A DNA stretch of 64,000 nt from Octopus vulgaris (Eukaryota). The translations under genes were made by a program, and so were the position numbers. The stretch is from positions 189,038,001 to 189,102,000 of the forward strand of contig OX597814.1 of NCBI GenBank assembly GCA_951406725.2, written 5' to 3'. Under the pieces are notes generated by a model. That model was not told the origin of the DNA, did not search any database, and worked only from the letters and a program-made list of their open reading frames with translations. Of this stretch, positions 13,732 to 26,564 are shown in pieces. Position 1 is the stretch's first letter; each line of letters starts with the position of its first letter.

Positions 13732-14492
13732 CGAGGTCTAATCCATAAGTATGCGGAGTGTTGCTATAGTAACAAAGCTAAAGCACGTAGAGTGAAGCCG
13801 CTTGCCACAGATTGACCTTGAACTCTACTGTGCATGGGCACTAAGTGTTAACTTCCCCTGTTTACAGCGGTGCTTGACAGGAAGGTGTGTAGCATGTGAA
13901 CGTCGCATTGACCATGACAGAGAAAACTGAGCAGAGAACCTGCATGAAATTTTGCCAAAAGCTTGGCAATACCTGCTCAGACGTCTATGCAAAGTTTTCA
14001 AAAATGTTCATTCTTTCTCAACACAATCAAGAAAATCTTGTGCAACTGAAACCCGCGTGTCTTTTTGGTCAGCTGAAAGCGGTTTTGGCACAAACTTGGC
14101 AGACATGCGTCTCATACCCAAATCTTCAGTGATAATGGACTGAACTGACCCGTAACTAATCTGCATATCCTCTGATAACTCACGGATGGTGATTCGATGA
14201 TGTCCCCTCACAGCTGCACGCACATCTGCAATGTTTTTCTCAGTTCTGCTGGTTGCGGGTCCTCAGAACGTTAGTCAACATCGACATTTTGTTGGCTATC
14301 TTGGAAACATCTCCTACAGTTGTGGGCGGCTCATACACTCTTCTCCATACTCTTTCTGCAATTTTGCGTAGGACTGTAAGCAGATTTCGCGTCATGACAA
14401 CTTTCTCTGACAACTTTCTTGCGACGATCACACGCCACACTCCTTCCTTGGTTACTGTGGCAACAGTCCGGATACTTATCGCTCAGACCTCG
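13732..14492. mobile_element. Non-autonomous mariner derivative made of two inverted 5' ends
   Basis: Imperfect TIRs CGAGGTCT...AGTAAC / GTTACT...AGACCTCG with TA on both sides. + strand encodes MTEKTEQRTCMKFCQKLG; - strand encodes RITIRELSEDMQISYGSVQSIITEDLGMRRMSAKFVPKPLSADQK (mariner HTH and WVPR-type linker). Confidence 0.88.
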
Positions 14493-14604
14493 TATATGTG
14501 CATACACACACTCACACACACACACACACACATATATATATGTGTGTGTGTGTGTGTAGGTATATATATAGATGTGTGTGTGTGTGTGTGTAGGTATGTA
14601 TATG

Positions 14605-14849
14605 TGACCGGGGCGTTGTGAGTGTTTATTGAGCGAAAACAGCTAAAAGCTCCACGATCTCCGGCAGGGGGTGGTGGCGATCCCTGCAGTAGTCTTTCGC
14701 CGCAACTTTCTCTCACTCTTTCTTCTGTTGGCCTGTTCGGTTAGCCAGCAGGGTAGCGTCATCTGAAGGCTAAGAGAATGCGAAGCGCATTGTGGCCAGC
14801 GATGTGTAGCAACATCTGCTCTGATAGCCTGGTCGGTCACGTGATCACA

Positions 14850-14850
<1 letters not shown>
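14605..14850 (+). mobile_element. SINE family D-related, 5'-truncated
   Basis: GTTTATTGAGCGAAAACA..CTCCGGCAGGG shared with 63300-63420. Confidence 0.65.
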
Positions 14851-14888
<38 letters not shown>

Positions 14889-15217
14889 CATTTATATATA
14901 CGCATATCATCATACCTGAAGCTAATGGCACTGAGGCTAATGCAGATGTCGATGATTATAATGACAATGTTGTTGTTGCTGCTGCTGCTGCTGTTGATGA
15001 TGGTGGTGATGATGGTAGTGGTGGTATTTGCAGATGAGGATGATGAAGACGAAGACGAAGACGCTGATGACGATGATGATCAAATATTGGAAGATATGTT
15101 GAAGAAGAAGCTGGTTCGGGAGTGATAGAAAGAGCAGATTTACATAACGACAAAAATAGCGAGGGAAATGTTTGTAAAGTCTGCTATTGCATTTTTTGCA
15201 TAGTAATTACATACATA

Positions 15218-15402
15218 GGCGCAGGAGTGGCTGTGTGGTAAGTAGCTTGCTTACCAACCACACAGTTCCGGGTTCAGTCCCACTGTGTGGCACTTTGGGC
15301 AAGTGTCTTCTACTATAGCCTCAGGCCGACCAAAGCCTTGTGAGTGGATTTGGTAGACGGAAACTGAAAGAAGCCCGTCGTATATATATATATATGTATA
15401 TA

Positions 15403-15448
<46 letters not shown>

Positions 15449-15652
15449 TGTGTGTCTGTGTTTGTGTGTTTGTGTGTCTGTGTTTGTCTCCCCAACATCG
15501 TTACTTAGCGGTTCGGCAAAGGAGACCGATAGGATAAGTACTGGGTTTACAAAGAATAAATCCTGGGGTTGATTTGCTCGACTAAAAGGCGGTGCTCCAG
15601 CATGGCCGCAGTCAAATGACTGAAACAAGTAAGAGAGAAAAAGAGAAAGAGA
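15218..15652 (+). mobile_element. tRNA-derived SINE family B (internal TA/TG microsatellite, GTAAAAGA-type tail)
   Basis: Head GGCGCAGGAGTGGCTGTGTGGT..GGGTTCAGTCCC; TTGGGCAAGTG CORE-like motif; tail GACTGAAACAAGTAA. Confidence 0.88.
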
Positions 15653-15719
15653 AATACATACACACGCACGCACGCACACACACACACACACACATATATG
15701 TATGTATATATATATTTAT

Positions 15720-15929
15720 CGCCATGTTGACTCGCTAGCTTCTGCACGCATTTTTTTCTCTCCTTGTTTCTCTCCGTGTTTCTTTTCTGTGTATCTTTCT
15801 GTTGAAGAGCGTAAGCTCGAAACGTAAAAGACTTGTTTTATTTATATTCCTGAGCGCCATACTAATACAATTGTTTGTTTGTATTCCACCTGCCTTCGTC
15901 TTTTGTTTATTTTCATAAAGTCTCCCGTT
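15720..15929 (+). mobile_element. Family F element; motif at 15794-15831
   Basis: UCUUU CUGUUGA A GAGC GUAA GCUC GAAA CG UA AAAGA; (TA)n flanks. Confidence 0.7.
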
Positions 15930-16306
15930 ATATATATATGGGTGTGTGTATCATTGTATTGATAATTATGCTTAGACAACTGTGGAGGTGTAATTTATAG
16001 CTGATTAAGTTTCAGAGTCTAAAATATACGTTATCTAATTAATTATATACTTTGATGGCGGCAGACGTGAATATACACACAGGCGTCCTTGTGTACAGCG
16101 TGTGAATGCATTCACATTATAATGCATTTATTTCGTTATAATACATTCATTTGGTTATAATATTCATATATACTTTGTAGTGTCGCATATATTCTCAAGC
16201 ACGCATCTATGCTATCAATATCTTGTTAAATATGAAGTATTTCTGCGCGTCTGTAGCTAAAATTTATATTAGTAAATACTTTCCTATACGAACGTTTAAT
16301 ACTCTA

Positions 16307-16927
16307 GGCACAGGAGTGGCTGTGTGGTAAGTAGCTTGCTTACCAACCACATAGTTCCGGGTTCAGTTCCACTGAGTGGCATCTTGGGCAAGTGTCTTCT
16401 GCTATAGCCTCGGACCGACCAAAGCCCTGTGAGTGGATTTGGTAGACGGAAACTGAAAGAAGCCTGTCGTATATATGTATATGTATATATGTATGTGTGT
16501 GTGTATATGTTTGTGTGTCTGTGTTTGTTCCCCCAACATTGCTTGACAACCGATGCTGGTGTGTTTACGTCCCCTTAACATAGCGGTTCGGCAAAAGAGA
16601 CCGATAGAATAAGTACTGGGCTTACAAAGAATAAGTCCCGGGGTTGATTTGCTCGACTAAAGGCTAATGCAGATGTCGATGATTATAATGACAATGTTGA
16701 TGATGATGAGGAGGATGATGATGATGGTGGTGATGATGGTAGTGGTGGTATTTGCAGATGAGTATGATGAAGACGAAGACGCTGATGACGATGATGATCA
16801 AATATTGGAAGATATGTTGAAGAAGAAGCTGGTTCGGGAGTGATAGAAAGGGCAGATTTACACAACGACAAAAATGGCCGCAGTCAAATGACTGAAACTA
16901 GTAAAAGAAAAAGTAAAGAAAGAAAGA
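16307..16927 (+). mobile_element. SINE family B with ~210-bp templated insertion in its tail
   Basis: Family match; 16660-16875 copies 14934-15157. Confidence 0.85.
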
Positions 16928-17086
16928 ATATACTTTGTAGAGTCGCATATATTCTCAAGCACGCATATATGCTATCAATATTTTGCTAAATATGAAGTAT
17001 TTCTGCACGCCTGTTGCTAAAATTTATATTAGTAAATACTTTCCTATACGAACGTTTAATACTCTCGAAGCCTGGATAGTAGATAT

Positions 17087-17503
17087 ACTCTCTTTTACTC
17101 TTTTACTTGTTTCAGTCATTTGACTGCGGCCATGCTGGAGCAGCGCCTTTAGTCGTGCAAATCGACCCCAGGACTTATTCTTTGTAAGCCTAGTACTTAT
17201 TCTATCGGTCTCTTTTGCCGAACCGCTAAGTGACGGGGACGTAAACACATCAGCATCGGTTGTCAAGCAATGCTAGGGGGGCAAACACAGACACACAAAC
17301 ATATACACACACATACATATATACATATACAAACATACACATGATGGGCTTCTTTCAGTTTCCGTCTACCAAATCCACTCACAAGGCTTTGGTTGGCCCG
17401 AGGCTATAGCAGAAGACACTTCCCCAAGATGCCACGCAGTGGGACTGAACCCGGAACCATTTGGTTGGTAAACAAGCTACTTACCACACAGCCACTCCTG
17501 CGC
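17087..17503 (-). mobile_element. SINE family B
   Basis: Full-length reverse-complement match. Confidence 0.88.
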
Positions 17504-18302
17504 CATTTGGTTATAATATTCATATATACTTTGTAGTGTCGCATATATTCTCAAGCACGCATATATGCTATCAATATTTTGCTAAATATGAAGTATTTCT
17601 GCGCGCCTGTTGCTAAAATTTATATCAGTAAATACTTTCATATACGAACGTTTAATACTCTCGAAGCCTGGATAGTAGATATGTTTATATTGGAATTATA
17701 TTCATGTTGAGAAGCATTCACAAAATACCTTTCTTCCTAAGAATAAACTCATAAAGCTAGATTATATCTATTGGCTTTTAAACAAATCAACAACGTTCCA
17801 CACCGTGCTGATTCTGGTCTCAGACCATTACCTCTAGATACAGTAAGAACATAAAAATGTGAATTACCGGAAATCATTGAATAAGGAAGGAAGTTACTAA
17901 GTAATGGATGAAAGTTATAAAGAAATATTAAAGATAGAAAAAATATTTTCGTGTCTTAAATCTTTATATTTTAATTTCTCCGTTTCTTTTTCTCCATTTT
18001 CAATGAGCTTGCAAAGAATTTTCTCTCCATGGATGTTTTCTTTCGGTTTTCTTTTAAGTTATAATGCCAGGCTTTTGTATTCATTCACAAAAATCCAATA
18101 TACTTTGCTAGTTATCTAAAATCTTTAGTTGCAGTTACAACGAGATTCAATGGAGAGGCTTAATACGGTCTCTTACATGTGGTTGTTCTTGTACTGTTGA
18201 AGATAAGGCTCATTCTGCAATGTCATACATTTTGAATAAATTTAGATAATTAAAATGGTTTGGTTTACTGTGTCAAGTGAAAGCATCTAGTATAGTGAAG
18301 AG

Positions 18303-18497
18303 CAGTGCTTTTCAAACTTTTTGCTGGAGCGGAACCCCAAGGAAACATTCCACTGGCTCGAGGAAACCCAGTGCAATAATTTAATAGTCTTATGCACACA
18401 TATCTGCACAGGAGAATTAAAAATTACTGCCGATTTTAGCAGTTTTTTAACTTCTTGCGGAACCCTGGACTGGCGGAACCCTGGTTGAAAACCACTG
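18303..18497. mobile_element. hAT (Charlie-like) MITE
   Basis: TIRs CAGTGCTTTTCAA / TTGAAAACCACTG; perfect 8-bp TSD GTGAAGAG (18295-18302, 18498-18505). Confidence 0.88.
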
Positions 18498-18540
18498 GTG
18501 AAGAGGGTTGCACTCACGATATGAAGATTGTGTTTCGGAA

Positions 18541-18771
18541 GGTGGCGAGCTAGCAGAACCGTTAGCACGCCGGGCGAAATGCGTAGCCGTATTTCGTCTG
18601 CCGTTACGTTCTGAGTTCAAATTTCGCCGAGGTCGACTTTGCCTTTCATCCTTTCGGGGTGGATAAACTAAGTACCAGTTACGCACTGGGGTCGATGTAA
18701 TTGGACTTAATCCGTTTGTCTGTCCTTGTTTGTCCCCTCTGTGTTTAGCCCCTTGTGGGTAATAAAGGAAC
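18541..18771 (+). mobile_element. SINE family A
   Basis: Full-length copy; ~21-bp TSD GATATGAAGATTGTRTTTCGG. Confidence 0.88.
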
Positions 18772-20940
18772 AGATATGAAGATTGTATTTCGGTTCCCCG
18801 ACCAGCGGTGCATTGTTGTCTTGAGCAAAGCACTTCCTTTCAAGTTGCTCCAAGTCTACTAAGCTGTAAATACGTAAACCTGTGACGTTCTTGTGAGGGG
18901 AAATGCTGGCTTGCCTGCCTAGGCATTAGGGTCGCAAAATTCAAAAGCTACAGCCATACGAGGAAGCGATATATAACATCTGACAGTCACTATTGTTTTC
19001 ATGCGACAACATTCTCTGAGTATTTCCTTCAAATATATTATCTTTCTTTTTTCCTGTCTCTTCTCTCTGGGCAAGTGAAAGAAAACAGACATACTTGCGA
19101 GGGATACATATAATAAGTTGAAAAGCGACAGGCAGATAGATAATGACAGATCAATGTTTTATTCCGCTTGACTCTCCTGTTTCATCCCCTTTCCATTTCT
19201 GGTCGCTCCTGATTTTCTCTTCTTGAAGTCCGAAGCTCGTATACCAAATTTTAAATAACAAGAACATACAATAGCATGATGTGCAGAAATTAAAGTCATC
19301 TACTGCTTATATGTTACCGAAGGTCGTGGCAATTATGAATTTCTATTGTTATAAGTATGTATGCATGCATTTATGTATGTATGTATAAATGTATGTATTG
19401 TATGTTTGTGCGGGTGTATCTGTATGCGCGTATGCTTGCGTGCATGTGTGTTTTAGACATCGGGATGTTATTGATATATGTCTAAATTCTTAAATCCTGT
19501 CATAAACATTCTCAATATATAGTAAAATAAGCTTGAAAATTTAGAGCCACGATACTTTATTTATAAGATAAAATTATTACAAAAGATATTGTGCATAACA
19601 TTTAGTTATACGGGGACGTAAGTATATTTCTGCTAACCACAAAGCAGCCTGTTCCGTCACTTAATTTTTGGAGAAGACGGTGAATAGAAGAAAGTTACTC
19701 TCGACAGATGACAGAACTTTCATTGGAGAGCATCCCGTTAGCAAATATTGCAATGCAGCAGACATACAAGGTAAACCAATGAAAGATGAACGGAACCCAC
19801 AAGAAGGATTTTTTTCCAAAACAAACTCTCAATTTTTTGGTTTTGTTGCTGTTCTTAAAGTTATGGTTCCTCCCGATGCCTGAAATGAGAAGGAACGATT
19901 CCTGTGGATCTACAAAACCGTCTTTTGTAGGGTATTCTCTTACCAAAGATAGTGACACAGAATTACTGCAACAAGAATGTGAAACCCATTCATATTTCAA
20001 TAACCGAAGGATTTGCACAGAAATTTCAAATTTAAAGAAAAATACTTCATTCTCTCAATACTCAAATACGCAGTACCTCATTTTCTGACCAAAATGATGG
20101 AATATGTCAAAAATGGAATGTCTTCTGTAAGTTCATTCAGATTTTTAATCCTCTCTACCATTCATATTTCTAGCTCTTCCGTTATTTTAGATGACGTAAA
20201 TTTATATTATGTATATTAATAAAGCATACATTTTTTATAAATACGTGTCTTACTTTTTCATTGTTCGTTTTTATGAAGTAGATTATAATCTCAAATAATA
20301 TATCATTTAAAAACAAATGAACTTCGTAAAATAGATTTCAAGACGCCTCAAAACATCGAACATACGCTACATTTTCTATACTACAATCCCATCATTTAAT
20401 ACATTTAATACATACGGGCTTCTTAAATATTTTAAACCTGGTAGAGGTTATCCCTCTCCTGGTCAGATCGCTGCCAGTTTTTTCACGAAGTAAATAGAGT
20501 CAAGGAGAGAAAGGGAACGAGTGAGAGAGAGAGGGAGTGAGAAAAGGAGAGAGAAACTCTGTATGTGAGGGGCGGGGACATGGGAAGAGAAAATGAGAAT
20601 TGTCTTCGGCACAGGGATAGTATTTAATTCATCGAAGCCGTTCTGCTTTTCGAAAGGAAAAGAAGGGCAAAGTTCACACCGATACGTAAATAGATACATT
20701 GGTAATTTCAGTTCTTATTGTGACTTGTTAAATGTCAATTAGTGGCATTCCAATTAGCTAGTTCCATTTGATTTAGTGGCCACCAAAGATTATTAAAAGT
20801 TTTATCAACAAAAGACAAAGAACTCGGAAATACGATATCGAGGATCTATTAGCAGTAATACTGTATATCATTTATCAACTTGATCGGAACTGAAGAATAT
20901 ATCAATATATCAGTATATCCAATGTACAACTACAATATAT

Positions 20941-21171
20941 ATTTCTTTACTGCCCACAAGGGGCTAAACATAGAGGGGACAAACAAGGACAGACAAACGG
21001 ATTAAGTCGATTACATCAACCCCAGTGTGAAACTGGTACTTTATTTATCGACCCCGAAAGGATGAAAGGCAAAGTCGACCTCGGCGGAATTTAAACTCAG
21101 AACGTAACGGCAGACGAAATACAGCTAAGCATTTCGCCCGGCGTGCTAACGTTTCTGCCAGCTCGCCGCCT
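20941..21171 (-). mobile_element. SINE family A
   Basis: Full-length copy; TSD TCCAATGTRCAACTACAATATAT. Confidence 0.88.
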
Positions 21172-21257
21172 TCCAATGTGCAACTACAATATATGACTTA
21201 AACGCTTAACTTTGAGAAAATTCGATCAGATGACGATCGTATCTGATTTCTACTTAC

Positions 21258-21402
21258 CATCTTGTGACATGCCGGCGTTGAGGCATTTTTGATATCGGCA
21301 ATACTGGCACTTGTTCCGTGTTATCTGGTCTATTCTACATTGTGATCCTGTCTTACAAGGAGTGTACACCAACTGTTTCTTTAGTGTTCGCCGAAAGAAA
21401 CC
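21258..21402 (-). CDS. PPAR: PPAR/NR1C-like nuclear receptor, exon encoding second zinc finger (GFFRRTLKKQLVYTPCKTGSQCRIDQITRNKCQYCRYQKCLNAGMSQD)
   Basis: Translated by hand; not in the ORF track. 145 nt = 48 codons + 1. Acceptor ccttgcag|GGT, donor GATG|GTAAGT. Continues in frame from CEGCK. FFRRT and RNKCQYCR are PPAR-type. Confidence 0.95.
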
Positions 21403-21654
21403 CTGCAAGGAAACTAGCAAAATTAGAAAATATATGCCTCAAAAGATAGAGACATACACTTACGCATACATACATTTTGGGGGTAGGGGCTAACAGCGGA
21501 CGTTTACCCCAGTGCTTGATTGGGACTTACTTCATCGATCCCCAAAAGATTAAAAGATTAAAAGATTAAAGGCAAAGTCGATCTCGGTGAAATTTGAACC
21601 CAGACTAAATGCCGCTAAGTATTTTGTTCGACACGCTAATGCTTGTAGCAACTT

Positions 21655-21961
21655 TTTGTTTGTTCCTTCTCGAGCCACGCCTAGCTCATAAGGGCCGGTT
21701 TTCCCAGTTTCCTTGGCGTATAGGTTCTTCACCTGGACAGGACACCGGTCCGTCGCAGATGGGCTGCAAGATCCAGGAGGAAAGAGTAAGAGAAAGTTGT
21801 AGCGAAAGAGTCAGCGGAAGTTCGCCATTACCTTCTGCCGGAGCCGCATGAAACTTAGGTGTTTCGCTCATAAACACACACATCGCCCGGTCTGAGATTC
21901 GAACTCGCGATCTCTCCACCGCGAGACCGCTGCTCTAACCACTAGGCCATGTGCCTCCACG
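21655..21961 (-). mobile_element. tRNA-derived SINE family D (shares 3' tail with family C)
   Basis: Head TGGCCTAGTGGTTAGAGC..GAGTTCGAATCTC; homologous to 14605-14850 and 62968-63535. Confidence 0.8.
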
Positions 21962-22811
21962 TAGCACCTTTTTACTTTCTTAATAATAATTTTTTATACT
22001 ATAGGTACAAGGCTCGAAATTTTCGGGTAGAGGTTAATTGATTATATCAATCTCACGTATTTTATTGACTCTGAATAGATGAAACCCATAGTCGACCTCG
22101 GCAGGATTTGAACTCTGAGAGGATAGAGTCGTAACTAACATCTTTTCAGGTTGTATAAGAATTCTACCAGCATAGGCGCAAAGCCATACATTTGTGTAAA
22201 TGTGGCAGATGATATATTCAGTTCCAGTTCTTTTACAGGTACTATATCTTGAGGAACTCGAAAGAATGACTTCAGCAGGATTTGAACTAAAATAGTAGTG
22301 GACCGTAACTTAATACGGCGAGCCATTTCATCCGACGCTTTTGCACTGATTACTGATTCTGGTGATCGGCCGGTTTGGTTACCAATATTTAATAATTATC
22401 ACTAAATTCTCTCACACTCTCGTATCTACTTCTCCTTCTGTTATTTGTCTCTCTCGTCTGATCGTCTAACAAGTTCCGTCAAATACGTAAATTAACCTTA
22501 TTCTTGTTGTCGCTAATTAAATTTGAATATAATATAATTTGCTTGTAATTTTTTTCTTCTGTTTTATATTGCACCTGTTTCCACGCAACTAAGCAACCAC
22601 AATCACAAACCACAACCTTCATAACAATTAACTGACAGCTTACGTACAATTTGCAACTATCATTCATTTCACCTATATCTCAAGCAATACTTCTCAACCT
22701 CTTTTTCTTTTAAGTAGTCATATTTTCCACCTTTTTTGTTGGAAAATCATATGTATATGTATTATATTTTCTCTGCAATCTTCATTTCAAGGGCTAGATA
22801 TCCATCTCTGT

Positions 22812-22814
22812 ATG

Positions 22815-22854
<40 letters not shown>

Positions 22855-22911
22855 ACTATCTATATATCTATCTATCTACCTACCTACCTACCTACCTACC
22901 TACCTACCTAC

Positions 22912-22966
<55 letters not shown>

Positions 22967-23026
22967 CCTACCTACCTACCTACCTACCTACCTACCTACC
23001 TATCTATCTATCTATCTATCTATCTA
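22812..23026. repeat. (TCTA)n/(CCTA)n microsatellite
   Basis: Direct reading. Confidence 0.95.
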
Positions 23027-23268
23027 TTTTAATGAATTTTCATTCAAAACAAACTATATTTATCTACCAATTTATTACTAACAATTTTGTGTTTATAAAT
23101 TGTATTCACTTTTGAGTTACTTTTCTATTCTGTTTCTCATCTATCTCACTCCTGTTGTTTTAACAATAATTTTTGAAGCAATTTATTGTTCGTGTGTTTT
23201 TATTAGATGATTGTATAATTTTGCAAATTTTCTGGAATAATTGTGTTGTTTTCGTTTCAGAACCGTGA

Positions 23269-23482
23269 AGGCAGCGAACTGGCCGAATCTTTAGCCCAGC
23301 AGTCAAAAATACTTGGTGGAATTTCGTTTCGCTTTGTGTTCCGAGTTCAAATTCCGTCGAAATTGAGTTTGCCTTTCATTCTATTTATTATTTTTTTTCG
23401 GGTTCGGTAAAATAAGTTCCAGTTGAGCAATGAGGGCGATGTAATCGACTAGCCCCGTACACCAAAATTGTAGGCCCTGTGC
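23269..23482 (+). mobile_element. SINE family A, diverged
   Basis: Diverged head and central domain; alternative tail type. Confidence 0.6.
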
Positions 23483-23830
23483 ATATTGTCACTTTATTTC
23501 ACTCTTGAACAACAAAATGTATGGAAAAGGCTTTCCAGTTTCGACCAAGTCTCTTTTTTCATTATTTTCTCGTTAACTTGGTCATATTTTCCATGTGCTC
23601 TTCCATTTCTAAATCAACGTTTGTGGATTTCTCCCGCTGACCAATTACGTCAGTATATGCCAAGTAGAGTTGTCTGACTGTTATGTTGCGTATATAAATA
23701 GTTATGAAAATTAAAGAATTATGTGTGATATATGATGTTTTTTTCCTTGAAACAACGAATATCTAGTGAGCTGTTGTGACCCGTCGTAACTCAGGTACAG
23801 TGAATCTGGATGAATCCCTCTATTTCCATA

Positions 23831-24231
23831 GGCGTAGGAGTGGCTGTGATGTAAGTAGCTTGCTTACCAACCACATGCTTCCGGGTTCAGTCCCACTGCG
23901 TGGCACCTTGTGCAATTGTCTTTTACTGTAGCCTCGGGCCAACCAAAGCCTTGTGAGTGGATTTGGTAGAAGGAAACTGCAAGAAGCCCGTCGTGTATAT
24001 ATATATATGTATGTGTGTGTGTGTGAGTGTATGCATGATTGTGTGTCTGTGTTTGTACCCCAACATCTCTTAACAACCGATGGTGGTGTGTTTATGTCCC
24101 CGTAACTTAGCGGTTCGGCAAAAGACACCGATAGAATAAGTACTAGGCTTACAAAGAATAAGTCCTGGGGTCGATTTGCTCGACTAAAGGCGGTGCTCCA
24201 GCATGGCCGCAGTCAAATGACTGAAACAAGT
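23831..24231 (+). mobile_element. SINE family B
   Basis: Full-length match. Confidence 0.88.
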
Positions 24232-24480
24232 GGCCAAGATCAAGGTGTTCGAAGAGCTTCCCACGGGCACAATGAGTAATGCATGCACCAGGTTGCTGGA
24301 GTCGTCTCGAGGTCATCGTAGAAGCTAACAGCAGCTACTCTGAGTAAACTGTTACCTCTCAACCATTATTTAGTTGATATTTAATTCTTTCTTAATACTT
24401 ATGGGATATTAGGTTTTCATTTACTTGTATGCACACTTTCAGTTTTAACCTGAACACACTATATGAGATTGTTAATTTAT

Positions 24481-24704
24481 TATTTCTTTATTGCCCACAA
24501 ACATAGAGGGGACAAACAAGGCCAGATAAAGGGATTAAATCGATTACATCAACCTCAGGGCGTAACTGGTACTTTATTTATCAACCCCGAAAGGATGAAA
24601 GGCAAAGTCGACCACGGCGGAATTTGAACTCAGAACGTAGCGGCAGACGAAATACCGTTCAGTATTTCGCCCGGTGTGCTAACGATTCTGTCAGCTCGCC
24701 GCCT
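24481..24704 (-). mobile_element. SINE family A
   Basis: Reverse-complement match to 11539-11768. Confidence 0.85.
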
Positions 24705-25199
24705 TGTTTTTAATTTATATGACGTAATAATGAAATGAAATGGAAGATTAAATGAATGATTAAATTTTTAAACCTATGAATATGTAATGAAATGAATTTC
24801 AGAGATAATATAAGGGGAAATGTGAAGTGATATTGGTGAAGAAGTTGGAGAAATTATATTTCAAGACGGAAGTAAGACAAAAGTGGCCTAGTGAAATGGA
24901 TGTCAATTAGAACTAAACATGAATTATAATGTTATATTAGAAATCATTTCAGGTGTTTAATGTTAGTAACTTCGAGTTCAGTATCTCGCTAAAACTGTAT
25001 TTCATCGACCCCAAAAGTATAAAGGAAAACTTGAGCCCGGTGGAATATAAACTCAGAAAAACTTGAGCCCGGTGGGATATAAATTCGGAATGCAAAGTCC
25101 CAGGTTAAATACAGCAAGACATTTTTTCTTCTGTTCCTTCTTCTAACGATTTAGCCAGCTCATTGCTTCAATAGCGCATATTTCATAATCCGTTCTAAT

Positions 25200-25402
25200 G
25201 GAAGTACAACGCCTGAAATTTGCGGTGGGGCCTAATAGCAGACATTTTCCTCAGCACTTGACCGGTACTTATTTCATTGACTCCGAAATGATAAAAGGCA
25301 AAGTAGAACTCAGCGGGATTTGAACTTAGGACTTAAAGACGGACGAAATGCTGCAAAGAATTTTTGTCCGGCACGCTAAAGATTCTGCCAGGTCGCTGCC
25401 TT
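25200..25402 (-). mobile_element. SINE family A, diverged
   Basis: Diverged central domain and head. Confidence 0.6.
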
Positions 25403-25905
25403 CATATCGTGTATTTAATAATGGTGCTAATTTCAATCTGATAACTGCGATTTCTACTAAGAGTAACATTTGATCTGTTTTGTTAAAAAGGGATGTACAA
25501 CACCATGTGACTAATCTGTACAGATTTTAATTAACATACAAGTATATATTGATATCACAACTAATTTTGCCTCCCAACAATGTCAACAAGCGGAAATATA
25601 ATCCATTTGGGTTAGTTTCTGAGTAGTCACTTTGATCAGAAACATCCTGACAATATCTTACGAGAATAATTTGGCAACCTGAAATTGTGCGGAAGCCAAA
25701 AGCGTACGTGCGTATGTATGTATGTATGTATGTATGTATGTATGTATGTATGTATGTATGTACGTACGTACGTATGTATGTATGTATATATGTATGTATG
25801 TATGTAAGTGGTTAGGTAAGTAGATAGGTATGTGCATATGTTTGGATATATATATATGTGTGCATATGTATACTTATATATAAATAAATAAATGAATAGA
25901 TAAAT

Positions 25906-26140
25906 AAATGCGCCCTTTTAAAGCCTATCCAGGCTAATGCGCCCGGTTTCCCGGTTTCAATGGCGTATGTATTCCCCAGATGGACGGGACGCCAGTCCAT
26001 CGCAGCGTTACTCATTTTTGCCAGCTGAATGGACTGGAGCAACGTGTTTTGCTCAAGAACACAACGCGTCGCCCGGTCCAGGAATCGAAACCACAATCTT
26101 ACGATCATGATGCTGACACACTAACTACTAAGCCCCGCGC
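25906..26140 (-). mobile_element. SINE family C
   Basis: Close match to 4771-5019. Confidence 0.85.
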
Positions 26141-26388
26141 TCCCATATATATATATAGACACATACATATACACTGACAGTCTAGCAGGGATCCTTACAC
26201 ACACGCACACATGTATGTATACGTATATACCATGATTGTTTATATTTTAATTTTGAAGTGGTTTTACAGTTTTCCATTCTCTCTTATTAACTGGAATATA
26301 CGCCAAGGCAAATACCTGAAATACCGATTTTTATGTCTATAGCTAATAACGATTAACATTTTATAAAGAGAAATAAAACAATGTTTAC

Positions 26389-26502
26389 CTTACAACCTTC
26401 ACACGAATGTACACCATAATGAAATCCAGACGCCTGGTCCCCACATATTCGACACCTGACGTCTAATTCTTGTGTGTAAAGTTGCTTGCATCCTGGTAAA
26501 AT
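26389..26502 (-). CDS. PPAR: PPAR/NR1C-like nuclear receptor, exon encoding first C4 zinc finger ([38 protein letters not shown])
   Basis: [22 protein letters not shown] motif (P-box CEGCKG). Donor AAG|GTAAAC at 26389/26388, phase 0. Acceptor tttcag before 26502; a second acceptor (ttaccag) would start the exon at 26492. Confidence 0.92.
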
Positions 26503-26564
26503 CTGAAATACAAGAAATAATTGTAAGATTTTAGATTCCAAAATAGCAGCAATGCTTTTAATAA

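Larger units (their letters stand above)
16148..17682 (+). repeat. Three direct copies of a 138-179-bp unique segment flanking two SINE B insertions
   Basis: Copies at 16148-16305, 16928-17086 and 17504-17682. Confidence 0.9.

Noticed and set aside
19668-20219. Cluster of short ORFs in repeat-free sequence, including signal-peptide-like MNGFHILVAVILCHYL on the minus strand
   Set aside because: Phase does not fit the PPAR exons, the nearest splice gives an early stop, and there is no homology.
23820-24128. Recurrent peptides such as [19 protein letters not shown] and RNWYL..PRKDERQSRPRRNL
   Set aside because: Chance reading frames of SINE families B and A, not a gene family.
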